A stretch of 63,674 bases of DNA, the filler included, from Octopus bimaculoides (taxonomy: Eukaryota): NCBI RefSeq assembly GCF_001194135.2. It is 6 parts of 5 records of this genome, joined end to end, with 100 filler letters (N's around TTAATTAATTAA, not from the genome) between each part and the next. Parts side by side here need not be neighbours in the genome. Positions count along the whole stretch, not along the records: positions 9,476 to 37,859 come from NC_068999.1; 5 more parts are not named here. One strand, written 5' to 3'. Position numbers and translations under genes: made by a program. This document shows positions 12,801 through 24,247 of this stretch, piece by piece. How positions within the stretch are numbered: position 1 is the stretch's first letter; each line of letters opens with the position of its first letter. The notes beneath the pieces are model-generated. The model did not search any database and was not told the DNA's origin. It was given only the letters and a program-made list of their open reading frames with translations.

Positions 12801-13013
12801 AATTCAGACAAATACATAACAAAAATACCAAGACTAACAAGTATACATAACGTACAGAAAATAGCACTGCTAGGCACCGCACACGTCGTGCGTAAAATAC
12901 TTTCAATACAGTGAAAATAAGAGCACCACAGCAAATCACAGCATATATCCATAGCACACAGAGCTGCGTTCGGTACCGCAGTGAAAGCACGTGAAAAAAG
13001 TAAGACTACTGAA
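9851..13013 (+). mobile_element. R4/Dong-clade retrotransposon, 5'-truncated and frameshifted (copy 2)
   Basis: RT motifs NYRPITCLPTIYK, RGIFQRDTLSPLLFCLAL and LLYMDELKLYA; thumb RLYIQR..GSRGL; CCHC knuckle CRICG..INHIIFGC; RLE NRPDIVV..LIDLSIP..KYKDL. Same 3' UTR as copy 1, followed by (GAA)n. Confidence 0.92.
12140..12351 (+). mobile_element. SINE family A inserted in the R4 element, 16-bp TSD
   Basis: TAAGGCGGCAAGCTGGCAGAAGCG...GAGTTCAAATTCC... flanked by AATATGTGGTGGTAGA (12124-12139) and AATATGTGGTGATAGA (12352-12367). Confidence 0.92.
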
Positions 13014-14918
13014 GAAGAAGAAGAAGAAGAAGAAGAAGAAGAAGACGAAGAAGAAGAAGGAGGAGGAGGAGGAGGAGGAGGAGTTGCAGCAGCAGCGGTA
13101 CAAATTGGGTCTGTTTCTTCCCAGATGCGATGACCATTGCATCGCTGTACATGAAAGTCAGTTTTCTAATTATGGATTAAAGTCTTATTCAGACAGATAT
13201 AAAAACAAAATACCTTATAGCTTCTAAATATATGCTTCATAATTTAACTTCCAATAGTAACTATCAGTCTCAAATATTTCTACAAAACTGAATACGAACT
13301 GAAATTCCACAATATTCTGAGGAACCTTTTACCCATCATGTCCATGACATCCAAGATGACCATCGTGGATGACCATACGTTGTGAAATATGTAAAGCTAG
13401 CAGACATGTGCATAGCTGGTTTGTCAGCTACTCACATATGAAGGGTATCGGAAACAATCTCTATTTGAATTCGAACTTTTAAATAGCTAAACTTTAGCAA
13501 GCCATTATCACACGCTCCCCACACATTCACCGACCTCATAAATCTACTTGAATTTATTCTTAACTAAACAGTATTATCAATGAGTTGCTACCTTAATAGT
13601 ATAGTTGCAAAAACTAGTTTTCAAATAATTATCAACAATGGATGGTAACAGCTGCTGCTATTCTCCAACACCAGCACAATTAGCTCTCACTGCTGATTAA
13701 GTTGATAGGCTATTTCCTGTTATTGATTTGTGTGAAACTTAAAATAGTGCAGCCGTTACTATTTCAAGCAATTTTCACTTGCAAATATTTCTTGGAAGGT
13801 TTTGTTCTATCAGGTAGATCTTCATAAAGACCACGAAGACGTATTACTAATGTAAAATCGTTGTTTCATGTATAACGTATATTTTCACTCATCTTCTGCC
13901 TACTCCAAAACTATACAGAGACCCCCCCCCCGCCCATATTTTCATCATTAATCCTCTAATCATACAACCATTACATAGTACTTTTCATTTGATTTACTAT
14001 TTAGATCCTCACCTCTATGTCAAATTTTATGTTCCATGCCTACACTTAACACCACAATAATGTAATGAACACAGATTTTGGGACGTCGACAAATCGGTTC
14101 TGTATATATAAAACAGTTATCAATTCAAGGATATTATCTTACGTTCATCTTCCATCTTCGTTTCCAGTCAGACTGTATGACTGGATCCTACATGTCGCAT
14201 TTTCATATGTGTAGCAGAGGATGTCTTCGAGACCACAATGCATGGATTACTCACTGACGTGTCGGAATTCACCCTAAACAAAACCACGCCACTTACATTT
14301 CTGCACTGACAGTTTCTCATCTTTCATCTTTTAGAAAGTTCAGCAGCGACGGGACAAGGATAACAGGAGCGTGCTTTGATGCAACTGGGAACTCCAAATT
14401 CGAACCTGCACGTTGACAGCAGATGTGTGACGATCACCTTTTCGGAACTTCTGACTACTCAGGAATCCGGTCCTACAGCTGCGTCTGTACTGTGATTTTC
14501 AAATATATACAATGAGACAATGGATAGTGTACACAGTAGCTACCAACAAAATACACTGAATGTTTTAACACTATAAACTCTGGTGTGGCTATCTACCACC
14601 TACAATGCAGCCATCAGTAATATGGAGTGAATCGTTATTTTATTTTTGTATGCAGGAAAATATAAGAATTTGAAAATATAAGAATTTGACATATCCGGAA
14701 ATTGAGTGAATCTTCTCAACACTATAATTTCAAAGAACAAACGAGAGAGATATCAAAGGACTCCTTTTGTTTGGAAAACACCTAGTTAAGTAGGTGTGGG
14801 TAGACTAACTTAACACTATTTATTCATTAAAATTGCAGCCAAAAGGAAGAGAAAATAATATTTTGTGTAATTAATTGTGGGTAAGAAAAACAAAGGACTC
14901 AATTATGAAATCTGAATT

Positions 14919-15966
14919 GCCGTATTTTGTGGCATGGCAGACGCTGCATCGTTGAAAATGCACCCTGATTTTGAAAAGGTAAATCGAGGAAAAAAGTTTA
15001 TATGCTTACCAAAGTCCCGCCCACATGATCAGACAGTGCCGGGTAGACACTCACTGAATGCCTATTACCAGACAAAATTAGCGAGCAAACCAGCAGAGTG
15101 CTCGTGTCCGATGCTGAGTGAAGTCATCAGATAATGACCATCTGCAGGTGGTTTGCAGTACATAACATTATGCTTTAACTGTCCTGCGATTGTTCATGCG
15201 TCACATTATAGTGGTTGTACCAAATCTGCCAGTTCCAATGGTTTTAACATACACTGATTTCATCTCGTTTACATTTACACTTTTGTTTGACTGAACATCA
15301 AAGGTCAAAAGGACTTCACCCATATGCTTAAACTGTTCTTACATTAATAATAAATTTATGGTACTCAAACGTTTTCTCTTCCTATTTTGCAAGCATTTTC
15401 TAAGTAAATTTTGTTCTTGTTCCCAAACTTAAGACATCTTGTTTCATGAAACGAAAATACCAGCAGTCCCTTTGAAATTATTCACTCCTTTGTTTGCTGC
15501 CAACCTTGTTTCTACATTGATCAACTACGTATCGCAAATTTCTTTGGTCTAATATCCATATTTTAAGTTTTCTTCTAAGTACGGCCGTGTTGCTGGTAGT
15601 ATGCGAAGATTATGTTCCCTTTTATTCGCTTCTTTTAAATACGCACTCTGCCCATCAACACTGCCTCCTTCTGTTTCCTCCACTGGTGAATCATCTTGTC
15701 AATAGGAAGTTTCTGCTTCCCTGTTTCTATGTGCTTCTGAATATTGCTCTGCCTCAAGTTAAAACGCGATATTACAGTTATGTCTCCATGATATTCTTGC
15801 CACAGATAGGGGCAGGATTAATTTGCAGGACTAATCTGCAGTAAAAGCCTGGTAGCAAATAAACAAAATTATAGACGCGTGCAAATAAACAAAAAAGCCC
15901 AGTTCATTGAGACGAAAAACCAACCGTCCGCAATTTCTCAATAGATGACGCTTCTGTATTACAGTA
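14919..15966 (-). mobile_element. pogo/Tigger-like DNA transposon remnant
   Basis: Minus-strand fragments LEENLKIWILDQR and MGEVLLTFDVQSNKSVNVNEMKSVYVKT resemble the pogo HTH and DDE start (MDEVPLTFD). CCGTATTTT.. terminus near 14920; many stops and a large internal deletion. Confidence 0.75.
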
Positions 15967-16051
15967 ATTAGTAATAAACAGCTCAGGAACAAGGGTAGTG
16001 TAGCGGCAACAAACTATCTTTTATTTACTTAGTAACTGTAATTTTAGTAAC

Positions 16052-16170
16052 TCGTGGAGCTTTAGGTGCTTTCGCTCAATAAACACACACAGCGCCCGGT
16101 CTGGGAAATGAAGCCGCGATCCTCCTACCACGAGTCCGCTGACCTAACCACTGGGCCATTGCGCCTCCAC
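16052..16170 (-). mobile_element. Short tRNA-derived SINE
   Basis: Minus strand GTGGAGGCGCAATGGCCCAGTGGTTAGG... (A box) with a decayed B box, then GTGTTTATTGAGCGAAAGCACCTAAAGCTCCACGAG. Confidence 0.75.
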
Positions 16171-17855
16171 AATTTTTTTTTTTTTTTACATTAACATTAT
16201 TAAGTCAAATATTTTGTAGTATAGGAAATACTTGTAATCGCCAAGTAACGATATAACAGTTTTCGTAACAGGTATCCCTAAGGATACGAAACAGGAACTT
16301 CTCAAATAGCATCGTGGAATACGCATGGTAATTTTCAAAAAAAAAAAATATATATATAATTGAAGGAGGGGAATGTAATGGGAATTGGATGCGATCTTTG
16401 GTAAATGTAGCGGGAAAACTCCAGAACGTTTAGATTTATAGACCTCTTCAGAGATTCTTTTACCTGTTTCAGTCATTTGATTGCTGGATGTATAATTTTA
16501 CTACATTATGTAAGCTCTCACTTCCATTTATACTATCATTCACAACTTATTCACAAGGCTTCGTAGAGGTATTTTTAATGCACTTCCTGATAAAAGAGAA
16601 CCTGCTGCTTGTTGAAGGACACATAAAACTATAAATAATCCAGATTATTAGCCTTCGTCTAAAGATTTTGGTGAGGTAACTTAGTGTGACTGTTGGGAGC
16701 CAGATGTCAGATGATGTATACACTGTATATTTAATCGATTAGCATATCTGTAAAAATTGATTTGGAAAACCGTGAAATTAACAACTTTATAGTGATACGA
16801 AACAATTCTGTTTAATATCTCCGCTGTCCCAGCGGAAACAAGAGGTTCAGAAAAGTTTATTTTTAATCTTCCATTTTAAATTTGCTGATACCTTTAAGTA
16901 CTTTAAAGTCATAAATAGTTCCGTATCACGAGTACTTATGTATAATCTATGAAAAAAGGATTGAATAATAATTTTTTATCATTTAGACTAAGGCATAAAG
17001 CTAATAGTACCTCATTATCTATGGAATAGAGACAATAATATTGGTTTCAGTCTTAAATGGGATTTAGTGCGTAGAACTCAACCATACACAAATAGCCGAT
17101 ATGGATGTAGACCTTATTGTATGGAATTATATGAAATTTATAAACATAGAGATAAGAACAATTAATAATAGACTTGATATTAGACTGTCATATGTTCATA
17201 AGATTACCTGCACCTTTAAATACTTTAGAAGCTGATAATTATTTAGTAAATCATATATTTTTTTGGTGACTAAAATTTGTTTTCTTTAAACCCTCTTTGA
17301 TCTATTAAACCTTAATAATCATAATATATACCTTCCCTGTCCCAGGGGTGAATCTATTCTATCACGGTTAATATAGATATACTACTTTTTCCTAACGAGT
17401 CCTTAATTTTCAAATCTCCCCTAATTATAAAATATTCTCTCTATGATCTGTTACTATCATACATCAATCCTTGTTTTTCGTTGTATTTTAGATATATTTT
17501 CTTAACCTATTTCTAATTTTAATTCTATTTTATCTCTTAGATAGTAGAACGGTCAGTCATGATACTAATTAATTTATAACTCCTCAAAGATCTACTTTTA
17601 GATGTTTTGAAGACTACATTCTCCCTATTGTCTTCGATGTGTAGATAACGGGGTCACTATTCTCTTTTATCCTTCCTCCCCACTCTAGCCTATGCTAATT
17701 TCTGGTTTGTCTGTCATAATTTCTGGTTTGTCCTTTTTTTCATTCTGCCCAAAAATTTAGCAGCAGAATCATTGTATATATTTTCTCTCAATTGATGATA
17801 TGAATATGTTTAAATAGCTAACTTGTCCTTTATGTTTGAAGTCTATGCAGTCATC

Positions 17856-18069
17856 TCTTTTACTCTTTTACTTGTTTCAGTCATTTGACTGTGTCCATGC
17901 TGGAGCACCACCTTTAGTGGAGAAAATCGACTCCAAGACTTATTTTTTGTAAGCCTAGTACTTATTCTATCGGTCTCTTTTGCCGAACCGCTAAGTTACG
18001 GGAACGTAAAGACACCAGCATCGGCTGTCAAGCGATGTTGGGGGAACAAACACAGACACACAAACATAT

Positions 18070-18115
<46 letters not shown>

Positions 18116-19151
18116 NNNNNNNNNNNNNNNNNNNNNNNNNNNNNNNNNNNNNNNNNNNNNNNNNNNNNNNNNNNNNNNNNNNNNNNNNNNNNNNNNNNNN
18201 NNNNNNNNNNNNNNNNNNNNNNNNNNNNNNNNNNNNNNNNNNNNNNNNNNNNNNNNNNNNNNNNNNNNNNNNNNNNNNNNNNNNNNNNNNNNNNNNNNNN
18301 NNNNNNNNNNNNNNNNNNNNNNNNNNNNNNNNNNNNNNNNNNNNNNNNNNNNNNNNNNNNNNNNNNNNNNNNNNNNNNNNNNNNNNNNNNNNNNNNNNNN
18401 NNNNNNNNNNNNNNNNNNNNNNNNNNNNNNNNNNNNNNNNNNNNNNNNNNNNNNNNNNNNNNNNNNNNNNNNNNNNNNNNNNNNNNNNNNNNNNNNNNNN
18501 NNNNNNNNNNNNNNNNNNNNNNNNNNNNNNNNNNNNNNNNNNNNNNNNNNNNNNNNNNNNNNNNNNNNNNNNNNNNNNNNNNNNNNNNNNNNNNNNNNNN
18601 NNNNNNNNNNNNNNNNNNNNNNNNNNNNNNNNNNNNNNNNNNNNNNNNNNNNNNNNNNNNNNNNNNNNNNNNNNNNNNNNNNNNNNNNNNNNNNNNNNNN
18701 NNNNNNNNNNNNNNNNNNNNNNNNNNNNNNNNNNNNNNNNNNNNNNNNNNNNNNNNNNNNNNNNNNNNNNNNNNNNNNNNNNNNNNNNNNNNNNNNNNNN
18801 NNNNNNNNNNNNNNNNNNNNNNNNNNNNNNNNNNNNNNNNNNNNNNNNNNNNNNNNNNNNNNNNNNNNNNNNNNNNNNNNNNNNNNNNNNNNNNNNNNNN
18901 NNNNNNNNNNNNNNNNNNNNNNNNNNNNNNNNNNNNNNNNNNNNNNNNNNNNNNNNNNNNATATATATATATATATATACATATATGCGACGGGTTTCTT
19001 TCAGTTTCCGTCTACCAAATCCACTCACAAGGTTTTGGCCGGCCCGAGGCTATAGTAGAAGACACTTGACCAAGGTGCCATGCAGTGGGACTGAACCCGG
19101 AACCATGTGGTTCGTTAGCAAGCTACTTATCACACAGCCACTCCTACGCCT
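17856..19151 (-). mobile_element. SINE family B, both ends present, internal microsatellite spanning an N-gap
   Basis: Head AGGCGTAGGAGTGGCTGTG..GGTTCAGTCCC at 19151 and tail (GTAAAAGA)n at 17856; the gap at 18116-18960 lies within the internal (CA/TA)n tract. Confidence 0.88.
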
Positions 19152-19162
19152 AAATAAAAGGA

Positions 19163-19248
19163 GGAACGCTTCACGAATTTGCGTGTCATCCTTGCGCAGG
19201 GGCCATGCTAATCTCTGTATCGTTCCAATTTTAGAATATGTACCGCCA
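19163..19248 (-). pseudogene. U6: U6 snRNA retrocopy (5'-truncated, 3-nt deletion)
   Basis: Minus strand TACATATTCTAAAATTGGAACGATACAGAGATTAGCATGGCCCCTGCGCAAGGATGACACGCAAATTCGTGAAGCGTTCC matches canonical metazoan U6, except that ACAGAGAAGATTAGC has lost AGA and the 5' stem-loop is missing. Confidence 0.93.
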
Positions 19249-19422
19249 ATTATTTTCTTTGTGTTGAAGTAATGCTCTCATTGATTAATTAAAGAAGTCG
19301 CTCGAAACGGCCGTACTGAATTGAAACTTATACATCTTTGCTACCCATTTATATTTTACTCATCTATTTACTTTAGTTATAATGGTGTTTTCTTCTTGAT
19401 TGTTACTTTCACTACGTTTCAA

Positions 19423-21115
19423 GGTATCTTCAAAACAGGAAACCGCACGCATGAGTCCTTTCCTAAAACTAATATCGGGCCTGAAATAAGAGAAACATAC
19501 ACATGCATCGGCTAGTCTTCATCATCTCTTTCAGATTTTTCGTCAAATATTAAGGAGAAAGAGGAGTAACTCTAAGCATGGAAAACTGTCATCAGAGTAG
19601 GAAGAGTGAGAGAAAGAAAGTTAATTAGCACAATGCCACCACATAGCTTAGTGGATTAAAGCATTGGTTAATTCAGTGCAGTCACTTAAAGGGTCTGAGT
19701 TTGATCTTAGACGAAGCACTAAGGTGAATCACAAGACAACTGAAGAAAGCTGGAACGTACACAGATGAAATGTAGTGAAAGGTAGAATCAAGATGAGGAC
19801 ACAACTCCAATTAACGTAAACGGTGTACATAAAATATTTTATCACGATCATAGAGGAGTATGGGGAAAATCATTGCTCCCATCTCGCAAGAACTGGGCTG
19901 AGATCAAAATAAAGATGAGAATGCTAATCACACCGGAAAACCTTCAAAAGATAGCTGACCTTATCTACATGGAGAGTGAAGAATACCAGTTCTAGTGGAG
20001 GGAACGAATGCAAGATGTTATGGATCGTTTCTGTTTGGCTGCACTTTCTGAAATTTTAAAATTAAGTGAAAATTTTCAAATTGGTGTATTGATGTAATTT
20101 TTCACACTCTAATCTTTCACGCTTGTTCCAGAAAAGTTTTTTTTTTTAAGTTACAGATGTTTAAAGTTTGATCATTTTTACCCGGTCAGAAAACAGGATT
20201 TCGAAGCTGCCATTTTGTACGTGACTGCAGTCGCAAGACAACAAGCAATAATGTCAACATTGCGACGACAGCACGTGTTTTAAGCATCTAATAAGTGAAA
20301 ATGGCCAAAAAAAAAAAAAAAAAGAGCAACCAACACATATTTTATAGTTTTAAGTGGGTATCAAAAATACAGCGTAAAATATCCAAAAGCAGCAACAAAT
20401 GTGTACCAGCAGGAAAACACAGTGTAAACTATCAGTTTGTAAGCACACGTGGTCTTTACTAAACAAGAATTCCAACGCTTGGCTTGTTACTATGGAAATA
20501 GGCATCTATATGTCTGTGCCTTTCGACTGGCCAAAATTTGCAAAGTTTAAACATTATTAACTGATTATTTATTGATTTATGGCGAAAATGAATTTCATAT
20601 CAAAAATGAGTATACAAAACTACATCAATACAACCAAATTTGAACTCGGAACAAAATTGAAGAAATTGAAAAGTGGCAGCCAAGCAGAAAAGATCCGATG
20701 TTATACTTAAGGTAAGGTAGCACCAACTACCCGAGGGCTTTCTGTTCTCAGACAAAATCATTTTACTGTCAACACTACAATAACGAAGCACCAACTGTAA
20801 CAACAAAAACAGCAGCAACAGTAGCGTCGACATCGGCACCGATAGCAGCAGAAAGAACAGTACTACCAGAAAAAATCCAAACCACAACCAAGGCATCTTC
20901 GAAACAGGAAGCCTCACAAAAGAGTCCTTTCCTAAAACCAATATTACACCCTAAACAAGTGACAGAAACACACATATACATCAACTGGTATTCATCATCT
21001 CTTTCCGATTTCTTGTGAAACGATAGGGAGAAAGAGAAGCAAACCTAAGCATTAAAAGCTGTCATCAGAGGGAGAAGAATAAGAGAAAGAAAATAAGTTA
21101 CCACAGCCCCACCAC
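19423..21115 (+). repeat. Pair of diverged ~220-bp homologous segments (19423-19640 and 20891-21115), identity unknown
   Basis: Shared blocks ATCTTCRAAACAGGAA, GAGTCCTTTCCTAAAAC, TTCATCATCTCTTTC, CTAAGCAT and CTGTCATCAGAG. Confidence 0.7.
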
Positions 21116-21759
21116 AATAAATAAATAAATGAATGAATAAGCAGATGAAACATCGAAAAGCCCGCAAACTAATCAACTCCGAGCACAACAATCGAAATAA
21201 TATCAAGTATAACAAAAAATAAACGCCACACCGCAACAGCTAAACTCACCATTTATTCTATAAGCAATTTCGAAATAAACTTTATTTTCTAAGAAAAACT
21301 TAGATTATTACCGAAGATTATTTTACTGGCATTTCATTATGCAGATCTCTGCCGACATCAGTGATTTAATTTTCTGCATCATAAAGTGATATATTTCTCT
21401 CGAATCATGTAGCACTCTTCATTCTTGGTTAATAAATAAACTAGAGATGACATATTTATCTTCTATGTCCGTATATTCAACATTAACATTGCCCTTACAT
21501 GTTATTAACTGTTACAGTGAGCTTGAACTTAAGCGAAAAGACTTTTATTTAATGTGTGTGCACATTAATCTAAGAGGCTAAAGATGGACCTTCTATGTAT
21601 TTGCTCTCCTTACAAGAAATGGCAACCAAATCTCCATCTTCACAAAGATGAAAGGACACATTGGATAGCGTTGCTCAGGGTAGACAGTGCCTCAAAATAA
21701 GCAGAATGACTTGAGCTAAATAACAACAAACCACACTAATAATGGCCAATAATTTAAGG

Positions 21760-21918
21760 TGAAAGGATAAGCCGATTACATCGACTCCAGGGTCCAACTG
21801 GTATTTATTTTATCCACCCCCAAAAGAATAAGAAGTAACGCGGACTCAGCGGAGCTTGAATGTAAAGAGACGGAAGAAATACCGACGCGGTAAGAATTAT
21901 GCCAGCTCGCCGCCTTCG
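21760..21918 (-). mobile_element. Degenerate SINE family A
   Basis: Plus strand ends GCCAGCTCGCCGCCTT, the reverse complement of the family A head. Confidence 0.7.
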
Positions 21919-22086
21919 TAAACCACACTAATAACAATCCTTTCTTATTCTAGCTCAAGGCCAGCAAATTTAAGAGGCTCAACGGGTTTATATTTTATCC
22001 ACCCTGAAAAGATGAAACGCAAAGTCGAACTCAGGACAGACGAAATGCAGCTAAGAATTCTTTCATGTTATTTTTCGACTTCACTA

Positions 22087-22157
<71 letters not shown>

Positions 22158-22580
22158 GCTAGCTAGCTAGCTAGCTAGCTAGGTGTCTATCAAGCCAACC
22201 AGCCTGCTAGCCAGCCAGCGAAGGTAGAGGGGTGATGGTGGTGGTTTGTCCGGGTCGATAAATTTATGGCAGAGGCACTTTTGAGTTTGTGAAGACTGTA
22301 TTGAAATTAAAAGTGATAGGAGAGGAGTGGGGGGAAACTCAAGGAATATCCTGGCTAGCACATACTCTACATACGCCACTCCCAGCCATCATGAATCTTC
22401 CACTCTTTCTATTTATTACATTTTTAACAAACACATATAATGTACATATAAAAATGTTTTAATTTTCTCTGCGCGTATGTGTGTTTGTCTGTGTGCGCGC
22501 GATAATATCTATATATGCATACATGTATGTATATGTATGCACGCACACATACACACACACAAACGCACAAACGCACACAC

Positions 22581-22623
<43 letters not shown>

Positions 22624-24201
22624 GTTTGACAGATGCAACAAGTTTTACCTCAGAATATTATTTTATTATAATGATTAATTGGGCAGTTAAATTCCTCTTT
22701 TAAGAAATGAGATAAAATTAGGAATCTAGTATTTCTCATTCGCAAAATGAGCCCCCTTTAATTTTGCTCAGGTTGATTTCAATTTCGGTGTATCAATACA
22801 ACTCTGAATTTTGATTACGACCAACCAATTACTTTATCTCGTAAATTAAAGAACCTGATGTTATTTGGAATTAAAGTTAGGAAATTTGGGTACAGACAGC
22901 GAGGCATTATCAGCTTGTTACCATGACAACTGAACATTGTGTTCTGTTTTACCCATATGTGTTGATTCTTCACACGAGATTTACTTAACCTGCGTGTTTT
23001 GTTTTAATAAGAATTTATATTTATCAATTTGAATTTTATTATAGATATTTTTCGTCAATCGTCTTAATATTTTACATATTTTTCATATATAACACAAGTT
23101 GTTTGCGATGTTTATACAGTTTCTTGGCATTAAGGTGAATGGAATATGTGAACTTATTTTTTAATTCTACATACAAAAACATATAAGATACAGGTATTCT
23201 TTTCCGTAGGACAAATTCTTTGTTGACCAATGTTATTCTTATCATAGTTTACAAATCCAAACATGAAAACGTTACTCAACTTTGAAGTTTTGGAGACAGA
23301 CGCCCCGCCCCCTTTTCACACACACACACACACGCACACACGCACACACATGCACTTACATATTAATGGTGTACACAAATACATGACAGGTATACACAAT
23401 ACTGAAATACGCAAAAAGTAAACACATGCCGACAAATATATTAATATAACAAATTTTAAAAATAATAAAAACATACAATCAATGAAGAGATAAAAGAAAC
23501 AGTAAGATGATACATGTTGATTTTATTAGGTATAAACAGAAGTTTGTTTAGAAACCTACAATGAAATTAGGCATTTCTGTTTATTTAGAAACCTACAATG
23601 AAGAGAAACTACAAATTTCACAGGTTACAACCTTAAAGTTGACATCGCTCCGCTAAACGCAGGAAATTTCTGTCTCGCTATTGGCTAAAAATACACGATT
23701 TTTCGATTTTTAAACCTCTGTAACTTTTTCCTCCAATTTTTTTTTCTCCAACACATCATACCTTCATAGCAATTAGACTGGAAAACTTTATCATTATAGC
23801 TGATTTTTCAGATTTTTTACTGTCTTTTAAAAAATGCATATTTTGCGAATGAAAAAAAAAACTAGATCCGAAATTAGAGGAGTTTTAAATGGAAAATGAA
23901 ATATGAAAGTAGGACATGAGAAAGAGAGGGAAACATAATAAGGGTGCGAGTGAATTAAAAATGGAAAAATAGACTTATAGACAGAAGAATGTTGATATGT
24001 GAATCGGATAGGAAGAAATCGAAAGAGAAGGATTAATAGTAAAAAGGAAGAGAAATTGGAAACGTGAGTTGAGGGAGAATAGTTAACGAACAAGAACAAT
24101 GAAAGAATTAAAGAACGTAGAGAGAAAACGAGGTGAAAACATTATGGAAAAACTAAAATGAGAGAAAAGAGAGTTTATGCAAAAAAAAATAAAGTAGATG
24201 G

Positions 24202-24247
<46 letters not shown>

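Noticed and set aside
14290-14495. Minus-strand exon candidate with a GTAAGT donor
   Set aside because: All three frames contain a stop between acceptor and donor.
14935-14980. Apparent plus-strand exon (CAG...AAG|GTAAAT)
   Set aside because: Lies within the terminal region of the pogo element.
908-16170. tRNA genes at SINE heads
   Set aside because: A and B boxes are present, but there is no complete cloverleaf and each continues into a shared SINE body.
19740-19780. CTGAAGA...GAAA spacing like a PLE hammerhead
   Set aside because: Stem II and stem III do not pair; at best a heavily decayed relic.
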